From positions 35,092,001-35,156,000 of the forward strand of contig OZ024749.1 in assembly GCA_964016885.1 (NCBI GenBank): a DNA stretch of 64,000 nt. The letters are read 5' to 3'. Both the position numbers and the translations under genes were made by a program. Below are positions 1-60,074 of the stretch, one piece after another (the first letter of the stretch is position 1; every line of letters begins with the position of its first letter). Under the pieces are notes generated by a model. The model was not told the DNA's origin. It searched no databases and worked only from the letters and a program-made list of their open reading frames with translations. Source of the stretch: Eledone cirrhosa (taxonomy: Eukaryota).

Positions 1-540
1 AACAATCCAGCCAGCCGTTGCCTGGACAAGCTCTTACAATAGATTCCCCAATATAAACAATATCAGCCAGCCAACCAGTTAACAATCCAGCCAGCCGTTG
101 CCTGGACCAGCTCTTACAATAGATTCCCCAATATAAACAATATCAGCCACCCAACCAGTTAACAATCCAGCCAGCCGTTGCCTGGACAAGCTCTTACAAT
201 AGATTCCCCAATATAAACAATATCAGCCAGCCAACCAGTTAACAATCCAGCCAGCCGTTGCCTGGACCAGCTCTTACAATAGATTCCCCAATATAAACAA
301 TATCAGCCACCCAACCAGTTAACAATCCAGCCAGCCGTTGCCTGGACCAGCTCTTACAATAGATTCCCCAATATAAACAATATCAGCCACCCAACCAGTT
401 AACAATCCAGCCAGCCGTTGCCTGGACCAGCTCTTACAATAGATTCCCCAATATAAACAATATCAGCCAGCCAACAAGCCACCCGACCAGCCAAAGCCGT
501 TGCCTAGACCAACTCTTACAATACATTCCCCAGTATCAAC
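1..540. repeat. 80-bp tandem satellite, about 6 copies then decaying; truncated by the window start
   Basis: Unit aacaatccagccagccgttgcctggac(a/c)agctcttacaatagattccccaatataaacaatatcagcca(g/c)ccaaccagtt recurs at 1, 81, 161, 241, 321, 401. Confidence 0.95.
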
Positions 541-740
541 AGCCATCTAGCAGCCATCTAGCTCCCCGACCAAATAACCAGCCACCCAGCCAGTCGTTGT
601 CCCATATTAGTTTAGACTGAGGTCATATTACCCTGTCTATGTACCAGACACCTTAAACTACACATCTATACCCATATAAATGTGCATATGTATCTGTGTA
701 GATAGCCTAAGTATACACACCTCACACTACACGCCTATAC

Positions 741-790
<50 letters not shown>

Positions 791-873
791 GTTATTCCGG
801 GTTGAATCGGAGGTAACTACAGTAAGTAAGGTACTCAATACATAGCAGAGTATAAAAGTTTTAATATAGTAGG

Positions 874-922
874 GATTCTACAGGACTAGAACTGTTTCAT
901 TCATTAGAAATCATCAGGAATC
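874..922 (-). ncRNA. Type I hammerhead ribozyme motif (Penelope-like element associated)
   Basis: Minus strand GAUUC-CUGAUGA-UUUCUAAUGAAU-GAAA-CAG-UUCUAGUC-CUG-UA-GAAUC: catalytic core, stem I and stem III pair, GUA cleavage triplet. Confidence 0.75.
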
Positions 923-1404
923 TGGGTATCAAAAAATAAAAATGGTATTTATAGGTCTCTACAAGTGGTAGGAGAGGGTGGGGAGTGGGATGGGTGTAGG
1001 TCATTGGTTGATAGAAAAGGGAATTCATTAAAAGCTAATTCTACAAAGCTATAGTTTATTTTTATTTATTTATGTTTTTAGAGTAACAAGGGCAGACAGA
1101 ATTCTATAAACAGGTTCCGGATGGCATACCATTCCTTGTCATTAAGTTTCTCTTAAGCTAACAGATGTCTATAAAATCAGTGGGGGGTCAGTCATGGTCG
1201 ATAGAATTAAAGAAAAGGGAGATTCTTTAAAAGCTAAAATCATTAAGGTTCTACTAATATATAATATATATATATATATATATTTCGTTTCTGGCAACAT
1301 GACCCTCCCAAAGTATAACAATATATATATTATATATATATATATAACGAAGGAAATGTGGTAAGGAACCAGGTGGACCATAACGCACCAAAGTACTCAA
1401 TACT

Positions 1405-1492
1405 TAGGGTAGTAGAGTGGGTAATAGGAACGTTCCTATATATATATATATATATATATAGGAACGTTCCTATTACCCACTCTACTACCCTA
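1405..1492. repeat. Perfect palindrome centred on (TA)n
   Basis: tagggtagtagagtgggtaataggaacgttcc-(TA)n-ggaacgttcctattacccactctactacccta. Confidence 0.9.
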
Positions 1493-1799
1493 TATATATA
1501 TGTGTGTGTGTGTCTATGTATCTATCTGTATAAAGCTTAGCTAGATACATCTCAAACCACACAGCTATACTCTTATAATAAAATAATTGTTTCTACTTTT
1601 GGCACAAGGCCAGCAATTACCCAGTACCTTACTGGTACTTTATTTTATCGACCCCGTAAGGATGAAAGGCAAAGTTAACCTCAACGGGATTTGAACTCAG
1701 TCCGTAAAGGGACGTAATAATAATGAAATTATTGTGTACGGTGCTCAGGTGCACTACAATGTGTAGCTGTATCTGTCTATATAGCCTATACGTACCTCA

Positions 1800-1960
1800 A
1801 GGCGGTGAATTGGCAGAGAGTCGTTAGAACGTCAAATAGAATGCTTTGCGGTATTTGTACCGACTCTCTGCTCTCTGAGTTCAAATCCCACCGAGGTCAA
1901 CTTTGCTTTTCATCCTTTCAGGATCGGTAAAAAAAAAAGCACCAGTCTAGTACTGGGATC
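1800..1960 (+). mobile_element. tRNA-derived SINE; related copies near 1590(-), 6710(-), 8530, 17550, 29980(-), 37940(-), 52560, 55195
   Basis: A-box-like ggcggtgaattggcagagagtcgttag, B-box GAGTTCAAATCCC, shared body gaggtcaactttgcttttcatcc...accagt dispersed through the window. Confidence 0.7.
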
Positions 1961-2309
1961 GATTCTTCCTCTATATCTCTTTATCGCATCCTCACTCTCA
2001 CTTTCTATCCTTCTCTAGAAGAACTCTGCTGTATTCAGATCTGGAGAGGGGATGGGCTCCGCCGGGTTTAAAAGTACTCAAGAACACTGTATGTCAATAC
2101 GGCGCCCCTATGACTGCCCCAGCAGTTAAGGGATAACAGAGAAATACACACCACAAACCACACAGTTATGCTAATTTTGTGGTCTACCTAGTCACCGTAT
2201 GTCTTCCTACTTCCTCCGTGACTCTAATCCCTGCAGGTCTTTCCAGTTCCTGCGGGATCTCTAGTCCCTGCAGGTCTTTCCAGTTCCTGCGGGATCTCTA
2301 GTCCCTGTG

Positions 2310-2442
2310 CAGGGCTGTCTTAACAGCATTATAGGCCCCTAACTACACAACCACTCACAGGAATAAAAATACAAATGGGCCCCCTATCATCGTGGGGCCC
2401 CTGGGCAACTGCCCAGCGTGCCCATGCGTTAAGACGGCCCTG
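2310..2442. mobile_element. hAT-type MITE
   Basis: TIRs CAGGGCTGTCTTAAC / GTTAAGACGGCCCTG with a perfect 8-bp TSD TCCCTGTG. Confidence 0.9.
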
Positions 2443-2783
2443 TCCCTGTGGGCTCCCTAGTTCCTGCCCTATTCCTTGCAGAGGCTCCCTACTTTTGTTA
2501 TTGACGTCTGAAGGATTACATCGTCCGACACTCTTAAGTAGCAATGGAGGGAATCACAATCCTCGTTCACAATAAATGTATTCTACATATACCACAAATG
2601 TTTTCAGTGATTATTCTCTTGAGTAGATAAATTTATATATTAAAAACAAAAACAAATGGAACCTTCTGTATGAGGAACATAAGGCTGAGAGCAGAAGAAT
2701 ATTTAAATAATTCTTGGAGGTGCACGAAAAAGGACTCGCGAAATTTGTAATGGAGATATAGAGTGGAAGTGGAGGAAAGTTAC

Positions 2784-2818
2784 CGATCTTTGGCAGCGGT
2801 GGTGACAACTCCGGGCAT
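2784..2818 (-). CDS. Possible first coding exon of a divergent gene (MPGVVTTAAKD), continuing out of the window to the left
   Basis: Minus strand gaaacATG CCC GGA GTT GTC ACC ACC GCT GCC AAA GAT CG|gtaact in a CpG-rich non-repeat patch; no further exon identified. Confidence 0.3.
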
Positions 2819-3075
2819 GTTTCTGTCTTATGGACTCTCCTCAACGTCTATCCAGAACGACGAATAGAAAGTGAAGAAAGACTGATACGTGCCTCCTTCA
2901 GTTGTCATCACAGCTGTTAAAAGCACACTCACCACCACCACCACCACCACGAAAACCAATCTTCACTATCTCTAATGAGTAATGTTCTAATTTCAATTAA
3001 TTAGAAATTATTTTGGGCGCAAAAATTCAAATGTGGTTTCCTGCAAATTAATTATGTATGAATACATACATACAT

Positions 3076-3135
<60 letters not shown>

Positions 3136-3146
3136 ATATATAGAAT

Positions 3147-3197
3147 AGCTTCTACAGGACTAGAACTGTTTCATTCATGAGAAATCATCAGGAAGCT
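3147..3197 (-). ncRNA. Type I hammerhead ribozyme motif, second copy with compensatory stem I change
   Basis: Minus strand AGCUUC-CUGAUGA-UUUCUCAUGAAU-GAAA-CAG-UUCUAGUC-CUG-UA-GAAGCU. Confidence 0.75.
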
Positions 3198-3201
3198 CCT
3201 G

Positions 3202-3274
<73 letters not shown>

Positions 3275-3279
<5 letters not shown>

Positions 3280-3390
3280 AACGAGTAGGACCCCGACGGC
3301 TGAGCTCAAGCCGTTTTGACGGCTAATTCTGGACTGAATTAGCCGTCGAAACGGCTTGAGCTCAGCCGTCGGGGTCCTACTCGTTCCTAT
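3275..3390. repeat. GC-rich hairpin, about 55-bp stem with one G-T and a 6-nt loop; arms contain the 3' half of a hammerhead
   Basis: taggaacgagtaggaccccgacggctgagctcaagccgttttgacggctaattc-tggact-gaattagccgtcgaaacggcttgagctcagccgtcggggtcctactcgttccta. Confidence 0.9.
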
Positions 3391-3465
3391 TACCCACTCT
3401 ACTACCCTAAGTATTGAGTACTTTGGTGCATTATGGCCCACCTGGTTCCTTACCACATTTCCTTC

Positions 3466-3790
<325 letters not shown>

Positions 3791-3829
3791 CTTTGACATT
3801 AACTTTTAACTTCCTCATACCATCTATAT

Positions 3830-4026
3830 CAGGCATGTGAAACATGCGGCCCGCGACCCTTTACAAGCACACCTGCGGCCTGCACAAAGGTTTTTACAGC
3901 GCGAACATGTTATATTTTCGTAAAAAAAAAAAAAAAAAATTAGTTGTAATGTGCGCAATCAGTTGTCGTGTGTGGCCCTCAGACAACACATATCAGACCC
4001 ATGAGGCCGCCAGTTTGACATGCCTG
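3830..4026. mobile_element. hAT-type (Charlie-like) MITE
   Basis: TIRs CAGGCATGTGAAAC / GTTTGACATGCCTG with a perfect 8-bp TSD ATCTATAT. Confidence 0.92.
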
Positions 4027-4529
4027 ATCTATATTATGTCTGAACATCCCAATTTTTGTCCCCCAAATACTACAACCCATTGGAAAAGACTCCTCGGCGA
4101 TTCCTGTTTTTTTAAGTTTTGTCAGCTAAAATACTGTTTGATCATTTAAATTGGAAATTTGAAATTCGAGGAAAAAATTCCATGATTCCGGGGAGTAATT
4201 TAAGAATTCCAGTGGAGATTGCTTTTGATTATAGAAAGGTTTGACCAGGGCTGACTCGGGGGCCAAATAACAACAACAACAACAACAGCTTATCAGACAG
4301 TAAGTTGACTCGACCACGGCTGACCTGGGGCTAAACAACAACAGGTTATGAAGCAGTATGTTGACCAATTTAATCCCTATGATGTCTGGACCAGGGACTA
4401 AACGACATCAACATGTTATGAGACAGTACGCTGACCTGTGTTAAGTACCATTCTAGTTCCCAGTATGATGCTGTTTATTGCTGACTGTGAACATAATCTT
4501 TAACGAACTGAATTATTCGACTGCAGCGC

Positions 4530-4620
4530 CAAGTCATCTTTCCCGCCATAAAATACAAAGAAACTACATTAAGTATTTCCTGTCAACGAGGTTAGCAGTC
4601 TACCTATCTACGCGGTAAAT
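4530..4620 (+). promoter_or_regulatory. Candidate upstream promoter and non-coding first exon (P1)
   Basis: Local CpG enrichment, TTTCCCGCCAT (E2F-like overlapping YY1-like CGCCAT) at about 4539-4549, donor GCG|gtaaat at 4615 followed by T-rich intron-like sequence. Confidence 0.3.
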
Positions 4621-7600
4621 CATTTTTTTCTTTCTATTAAATTTTTTGTTGTCGTGTTTTTCTAACATTGACTAAAAATTATTATATTCAGATCAATTTA
4701 ACCCATAAAACTTGAATTAACTACTAATAACTAGATATTACTACACAATTTCATCAACACTAACATTTTATATATAGAACAGGAAATTTTACTCAGTTAA
4801 AATTATACACGTGTAAAACATATTGAACTTTTTTGTCGTTAACTTTTTAAATGGCCTCAACTGTCTCTTTCAGGTAATTTATTTTAATTTAAATAATATA
4901 AACAACAAAACAAATAGAACCTCCAACATCAATAGGATTCGAACCCATTAATATTCAATTCATGATTATCTTGGTAATCGATGAAAGCAATAATTAATTG
5001 ATTGTATTTTGTTTATTCTGTAATAGTTCGTGTTGTTTAACCAAACGTCAGCTCTAACCAAGCAGACTTATGATCATAGAGGACTACATTGATATAAATG
5101 TGCTTTTCCTATTTCTAAGACGGCAAGATGCGATTAAAGTAAATTTGATTGCTATTTCTAACATGTTGAGCTACCGTATAAGAAGTGCCCTGGTTCGTAG
5201 TGTTTAGCTCCAAGTCAGCTCTAACCAAGCAGACTTATGATCATAGGCATCCTACCTTTCATTTTATATATCTAGGACTACATTGACACAAATATGTTCT
5301 TCCTAAATATAAGGGGGTAGGGTGTGATTAAAGTGAATTTGATTGCTATTTCTAGCAGATGTGAGCGAATCCATAGTGGCTTGCATTTTGTTAGTTTTGT
5401 AATGGTTCTGCTGTTTAGCCCTAGGTCAGTACTAATTAAGCAGCATTTGAAATATTGTATTAACCGACCTTCAGAACGACAGCAACAACAAAAACTTTAA
5501 CAAAAAAAAAAAAATATATATATATATATACGTTGTTGCTCTAGTCACATGTGAAACGAACCAAAACGTTATATTACCGGCCAGCATCTCGGGTAGCAGG
5601 GGATGCTTATGGGTAATTAACCCTTTTGATACCAAACCTATAACACATCTATAACACTGGATCTATAACACAAAGCTGTTTATTTTATAGTGTTTATATT
5701 TATCTAAAAGCTTTTCATCATTTAATGTAGGAACCTTTGTTATGTTCCTAACACCAGCTTCATAACTTATTTTGTATTGCATTTCGTTTGTTTAGCGATG
5801 ATCCGTATTGTTTAGCCACAGGCCAGTACTAATTGAGCCGAAGACAGCGTATCTTATCGTATATTTAGGACTGCATTGGCAAATGTGTTCTGCCTGTGAT
5901 TTCCATGAATTTGGCTGCTATTGTTAAAAAATGGAGCGATCACATAGGAAGCTCCCCTGGTGGAATTTCGGAATAAGCATCTACCATAAATGGCCATGAT
6001 TTTTTTTTTTTCTCGGAATTCTACATTTTAGTTGTGTTGTGCTGCTTGTGAATGGTAGGTAACTAGCAGCAGAACTGTATCTATGGGTGTTGGATAGAGT
6101 AAAATTCTTGCCACGTCCAAAAATATTGCATCAGGACTAAGTTAGTTATAATTGTTAGTGAGTTATATGTGTGACGCGTAGATAATACTATACTCTAATG
6201 TGCTTATGTATGTATAATGCGTAGATAGAATATATATTTTTGTCCTTGTCCTCAAATCAGGCGTGCTCTAGTTTTAAACAAAACACGTGAAATTGAAACG
6301 TAAACACTTGTTTACAAATTATTATTGTATAATGTTTTGAGGTAGCAATGACCATCGTAGTAATAGTAATAACAATAGTATCAATTATAACAAATATATT
6401 TATTTTTAGATGTTTTGCAAGAGTTCCAAGTATAATAAACTCACTCTATAATTGATTACGTGTATTGCTCTAGTTTTGAATAAACAACTTTTTGTAAATA
6501 AATGTATTTATACTCGAGTATTTCTCTACATTTATAAAATCGTGAAATATTCTACTGTGCATGAAATACAGAGGATTTATCAGCTTAAAACTAATTTCTT
6601 CTGTGAGTATTAAGTTTTACAAAAGCCTAAACTTTCAAAGAATATTTATCTCTGATGATGATGTGTGAGTGTGTTAAGTAAATAAGTGTTCTATCTCAGC
6701 AAATTGAGGGGAGGGGAAAATCGATTATATCGACCCTGGTATTTAACAGGTACTTTATTTTTTCTACCCCGGAAGGATGAAGAGCAAAGTCGACCGCGGT
6801 GGGACAAACCCCCTCACTCTAACCAGACAAAGCCCTACATATAAAGATAAAACAAAATCTATTTATAGTTTTTGATAACTAACATTATGGCATATAATAA
6901 ATTTGATAAAGAACAAACGAAAATTATATATTCAATATTTTATTTTTTACTATTTGGGTTTTTTTATCCAGTCGGGTAGGCATTTGATCTGGTGGAATTT
7001 TTGTCTGTTGGGGGGTTGGATTTGTCATGGAAACAAAATAGATGGATCCAGATGAAGAAGACGGAACGCGAAGGAGCACATTTAAAGATAGTATGAATGT
7101 TGTCAACATATGTTAGACGATACTCATAAGTAATTATAAGGTGAACCTATAACAATTTTGAAATTAAGATTTTGGACTTATTTTCATAGGAATCTAAGGG
7201 GATGAGGTGTCTGAGATGGGGTATGTGTTGATTTGACTGTTGTTTCTGGGATATTTTATAATGTATACATTTATTTTAATGTCTCTGATGAAGTTGTACT
7301 GACTGGAGAAAATTTAGTTTGGAAAGAGATTTTTTTTTCTTTCAAGGACTTTGTGAAACCACGTATCACGTAATGGGTTGTGCTGGATCTCCGTCGGGTC
7401 CGACGACGAATGTTCCAGTTTGAACAACCGAACAGATAGATGTTCGTGAAATTAATGTGCAACTGGCTGAGCATTCCACAGACACGTGTATACTTAACGT
7501 AGTTCTCAGGGAGATCCTCCTGACTATCCTAGCCCATTGATGTACGACTTATTTTTTCCAGCTGTTCGGACTGATGCGAGGTGAAATAAAGTGTCTTGTT

Positions 7601-9254
7601 CAAAGACACTACAGTGCAAGGCAATCTTAATAGATGTATCGTCTTTGACTGTTTAATTTAAATGATCGGTGTGATCTCTATAGATTTAATTTACATTTTA
7701 TTAAGGTCCATTGTACCTTCGGGTATTTATATATGCACTTACATACAAACACTGGCCATAATTTATAAAACAACAGCTATAGTGTTTAGTAGAAAACCAA
7801 TCATAGTAAATAATATATATGCATGGGTTGGATGGGATTTTTTGAGGCAGTATATTACGGTCTGGCGTCCTTCCTAATGCCAGCCTCTTTAGTTGTCTCT
7901 TTCGACATGCAGGGTTAAGATGAAGCTATTCTAAAATCTGGATATGCATATACTATTTATATGAAATTAGTTATGTTATTGTGTATATATCTCCTTTCTC
8001 ACACAAACAGATATATATATATACAGATCATACTGCTAACGAAGAGACGGATCACAAAATGCTGAGGGATTTTTAATAGTGTAACTTCACTCTCTAGATA
8101 TTGGAGACAGGAACCTTATCATGACCAAATAACTCCGTTTTAAACCTTCCGCCTCAAAATAGGTCTTCGTTATTTGGACTCCCTTAAAACAATATTATTA
8201 TTCTAGAATGAAAGAAATGGATGATTTAGTTTAACCCAAGAAAATAAAAACATTTTTAGTGTGGGTGTTGTAACGACTGTTTGATATATCTTTCTGTAAT
8301 AGTTCTTTGCGTATTAAGGTGTAGTGTTGGCGGTCTGTCATGTCTTCATCATTTTTATAGACAGGCACCAATTCTATTTTGGTAAGTTTATATCTTATTA
8401 TTCTTCTATTTATCGGTGTTTAATGGCAGAACTCTTTATTATTAGCACAAATATTCTACAGTAGATTTGACTACTTTTTAACATTGCTCCATTTCGTTTT
8501 GTTTTACCAAATTGCCGAAAACGTTCAGGCTGGTGGAATGGCAAATTTGTTAGTGTCGGATAAAACGCTTGCCATATTCAGTTGCGGTCCTTCTATCTTC
8601 TGAGTTCAAATCCACCGAGGTCAATACCTTTATTCCTTCTGGGGGTCGATGGAATTTAGTGTTCTTGTACAAGACACTTTGCTGAATCTAACTGAAAACT
8701 ACGTCTAAGGTACATATGTCTGTGGAAGGCTCAGACACTGATACGTTAATTTCGGGAACATCAACTGTAATACTTCGTGAGAATCGACGGAGATCCCAGT
8801 CCTCTGGTTTATAGGGTAAACTCCTATAACACCCTAAATGTAAATAGATTTATATTACTAGATAAGACAATCTCGATATTATTCCACCCATAATTAACCC
8901 TTTATCATCCATCTCCATCTATTTTTTTTTTCTTTTCATAATTAATGTTTTTTTGTTTTTTCCTTTTCATAAATTCACCTTATTCGAAGTATGTTGTATA
9001 TATAGAGAGGGAAGTATGTTGTATATATATATAGAGAGAGAGAGGTAATAAGTGGGGATAGAGGTATGGTGTATAGAGAGTAGTAATAAGTGGGAAAGAG
9101 GTGGGTGTATATATAGAGAGGGAGGTAATAAGTGAGGAAGAGAGGTAAGTTGTATAGAGAGAGTGGGAGTTAAAAATAGTCAGCTGTGTGACCGGTATAT
9201 CACACATACACACATATACACACACACATACACACATATCCTTCCTACTAACTT

Positions 9255-9274
9255 CAGCATGTCTAAACTTGACA
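9255..9274 (+). promoter_or_regulatory. Candidate p53-family response element
   Basis: CAGCATGTCT+AAACTTGACA: two adjacent RRRCWWGYYY half-sites, zero spacer, both CWWG cores intact, 3 mismatches in total; about 1 kb upstream of the 10320 exon. Confidence 0.45.
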
Positions 9275-9803
9275 GCAACAACAACAACAACGACAACAAC
9301 AGCTGGTATCTTATGACATCATGAACGACACCTACACACCCAGTCACCTCTTCTAACTATTATTACTATATATAATAATATCTTTCACTAAATCATTCTG
9401 TATTTATCTCTGGACATTAAAGATTCCAGTCACATCTTCTGCCAATACTTTTCTCTCCATCTCGCCAAAGTTTTACATTTATTCCACCCAATTCTTGCCT
9501 CTCTCATTTAACACAAACACATATTTATATAAATTTTACCATTGAAACGGTTTAAGCTGAGCTTACTATGGGTATTATAATAATATAAATATAACTTCTG
9601 TTTTCTTTCCTTAAGACTTTTGAGATTTCCTTCACAACTTTTAAATTCCTCATTTTCTTCAAATGGTCAAGTTAAAAAAAAAAAAATAGTTTGAAAATGT
9701 CAAAGTGAGAAAAAAGTTTTATTCTAAGTTTGTATTGTTTCTGTCTAACTTAGTAATATTTCTCCCCTGTGTTGGTTGTTGCTGTTGTTGTTGTCATCAG
9801 TTG

Positions 9804-9823
9804 GGGCATGTATAAACACGACA
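9804..9823 (+). promoter_or_regulatory. Second, weaker candidate p53 response element next to TATA-like sequence
   Basis: GGGCATGTAT+AAACACGACA; TATA-like tract near 9856-9868 and Inr-like TCATTC/TCAGTC near 9894-9909. Confidence 0.3.
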
Positions 9824-10319
9824 ACAGCAGCAACATCGGCGACCTGTTCATCTGCTATATATTATATACACAATAACCAGCACTAGTCCGAACTCATTCT
9901 CTCTCAGTCCTTGTCTTATTAGTATTATTATTACTATTATCTAAACGGGTAGCAGGCAGCAGCATTGCGATCGTTACTCGCCACAACTTGCTCCATGGAA
10001 CCAGATTTGCTCAGACAAGAATGACACCAGTTCAGTAACTACCACCACCTACAGGGGGATTGCTGGTCATTTACAAAACTTTCTCCGCTTACAAAACATT
10101 ACGGCGGTGGAGGATCAGAGGGAATAAAATATTTAAAAAAGTTTTTTGAAGAGCTGTTGTGACAGGAAGACAGAAAGCAACTTTTATTGCCATCTCTCTT
10201 TTACTTTGGCGGACCTTTTTTTTTATATAAATCCATCTGAGGTTATTTATATTTGGGTTTTTGTGTGGACCTGACCCATCTCAGTTCTGCTTTGCCGCAG
10301 AATACATATTCTCTATAGA

Positions 10320-57332
<47,013 letters not shown>

Positions 57333-57759
57333 AAACACCTCAAGAAATTTTAATCATTTTGGCTGTGATTTTTAGAATTTATATTGAACCGAACCGATCT
57401 AGATATTGGACATAACCGATCTAGATATTGAACAGAACTAATCATATTGACCTCTGGAACTTGGAAACCTTAATTTATTTCTAGAATTGTCTCAAATCAA
57501 CAGATTGAGAAATTTTATACCAAAAATACTAACAATTATTTATATTTAAAAAAAAGCAGAAAAAACACCCATCCCTTCTCAAATCCTTTTGTCTTATATC
57601 ATAGGTCTGTATCATAATGAATATGTGATAGGCATATGTGTCAGAAGCCTGTATTGTAATCATGTATGATACTTATGCCATAACATAGGCAAGGTCACAC
57701 ACCGCTGTTGTTTGTGTAGAACTTGGAAGTCTTATGCATATTTATAAAGTGTATGATGT

Positions 57760-57950
57760 CATGTATGTATATGATATCAGTATTAAACACAGCTAATGTC
57801 ATGTATATGATATCAGTATTAAACACAGCTAATGTCATGTATATGATGTCACTGTTATACACAGCAAATATGTATTTGATGTCAATGTTATATACGGCTA
57901 ATGTCATGTATGTATTTGATGATGTCAATGTTATATATAGCTAATGTCAT
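57760..57950. repeat. About 39-bp tandem repeat in the probable 3' UTR
   Basis: atgtatatgatatcagtattaaacacagctaatgtc repeated with decay. Confidence 0.8.
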
Positions 57951-59379
57951 TATATGCCAACATCCCTATCCTATCAAACAGTTTCTAAATATATTTTTTA
58001 AAAAAGATTCATTAAACAATCCTGGGATCAGAACCTTATTTAAAGTCGTTCTAACCCCAACTCCTATTGAATCTGGGACCAAATTTTGAAAACGTGTTTA
58101 ACAGATCTACACATATTTCACCTTTATAACATCACACAGCTTCATCTATCCCCTAACCACCACACAGAATCATCCAGTGTTTATTGGACATAATAATAAT
58201 ATCATTAGACTGGATATATAAATAATTTAAAATTTTTTCTCCCTTCCTACACAGACACTCTCTAATCCTCTTGCTCCCCTTGAAATATTCTTAGAATATT
58301 AAAAAAATTTAGTTTCAAGATTTTTATATTTAATTAAGAAGATTTTTTCTTTGTCCAGAAAAAAGCGGAAATTTCTAGAAGAGATCATCCATGTTGACTA
58401 AATGGAATTTCTGAAAGTGTTTTGGGTGAATTCATAAAAGAAAACTTCTGAAACCTTGTAGAATGTTGTTATTATTTATATTTGTTGTGGTGTAGGTGAG
58501 CTATGATGTTGTTCTCTTGTACAGGTACTATATTGCCTATAGTGGTTGGCGTAAGAGGAACCGCAGAAGCACAAAAAACAAGAGCTGTTAAAAAGGTGGA
58601 TGAACTTCTCAGTCAATGGCAATCCACCCCAACTATGGGTTAAATAGCTTCACCAACCCACAATTGGCCAAGCATGGTGACTAGGGAGAGGTTCTTCCCA
58701 CAGGAGTGAGGAGGCTCTGGATTGGATATCTTCATCATTTAATGTCCAATTTCCCTGCTAGCAAGGATTGGATGGGTTTACATAGACCAAGTCAGTACTG
58801 AAGTGGGACCACTGACGTCCCAGAATTTTATCATGGCACCAACACTACTGGGTGTATTTTATCAAGGCACTAGCACTACCACTTTACTGAGGGCACTGGG
58901 AGTATTTTATTATGGCACCAACACTGAGGTTGATAAATATTGTCATTGTACAGGTGTGATATTGGTATGTAGTTGGTATAGGTATACAGGTGTGACATTG
59001 GTGATCTGAGAGTCACTCCAGGTAGAGCCGCTACTTCTCAGAATTGAAAGGTCACAGCTCCAATACTATCGGCATGTGGTTAGAATCTCTCTGGGAAGAT
59101 TTTACAGGTGAAACCAACCAACAGGAGACCCAGAGCAAGATTGTTGGATAACATCCATGAGCATGGCACCAGTGATGTCGCAACATATATTATATATATA
59201 CTCCATACTTTCTCTATATAGTCTATATACACTATATATGATGTCCAAGGGAAAAGTTGATACAGCTTGACACCAGAGATATATACACTATATAGCCTTT
59301 GTCTTTCTCTTGGACAGCATAGTGTATGTTGTCATATCTCTGGTGTCCAGCTGTATCAACCTAGAGTGAAGCCCATAGC

Positions 59380-59935
59380 ACACACTGTAAATTGGTTGTG
59401 TAGGTGTCAACACAAAAAGCACCCAGCACATATTGTAAAGTTGTGTAGGTGTCATGACAAGAAGCACCCAGCACACATTGTAAAGTTGTGTAGGTGTCAT
59501 GACAAGAAGCACCCAGCACACATTGTAAAGTTGTGTAGGTGTCATGACAAGAAGCACCCAGCACATATTGTAAAGTTGTGTAGGTGTCATGACAAGAAGC
59601 ACCCAGCACATATTGTAAAGTTGTGTAGGTGTCATGACAAGAAGCACCCAGCACATATTGTAAAGTTGTGTAGGTGTCATGACAAGAATTATCCAGCACA
59701 CATTGTAAAGTTGTGTAGGTGTCATGACAAGAAGCACCCAGCACACATTGTAAAGTTGTGTAGGTGTCATGACAAGAAGTATCCAGCACACATTGTAAAG
59801 TTGTGTAGGTGTCATGACAAGAAGCACCCAGCACACATTGTAAAGTTGTGTAGGTGTCATGACAAGAAGTATCCAGCACACATTGTAAAGTTGTGTAGGT
59901 GTCATGACAAGAAGCACCCAGCACACATTGTAAAT
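59380..59935. repeat. 45-bp minisatellite, about 12 copies
   Basis: Unit cacacattgtaaagttgtgtaggtgtcatgacaagaagcacccag. Confidence 0.95.
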
Positions 59936-60074
59936 GTTGGAAGGGCATGTGTGATGAAAGAGCTTTCACAATAAGCAACCATCTGGAAATTTATAATAAT
60001 TGGAAGTGAAAACCAATAGGTGTGTGTGTGTGTGTTTTATTGGCAGTATAACCTCCCAGAAGTATAACAATTTA

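Noticed and set aside
24-193. Perfect p53 half-site GGACAAGCTC in the 80-bp satellite
   Set aside because: Isolated half-sites in only two units, with no adjacent partner.
1800-1900. tRNA gene suggested by A/B boxes
   Set aside because: No cloverleaf; the boxes belong to the head of a dispersed tRNA-derived SINE.
4851-4873. ATGGCCTCAACTGTCTCTTTCAG|gtaatt as a coding first exon
   Set aside because: Ends in phase 2, incompatible with the phase-1 entry of exon 23862; at most a UTR exon or uORF.
59267-59978. Repetitive 205-235 aa ORFs on both strands
   Set aside because: A 45-bp unit keeps frames open by chance; the unit derives from a dispersed repeat.
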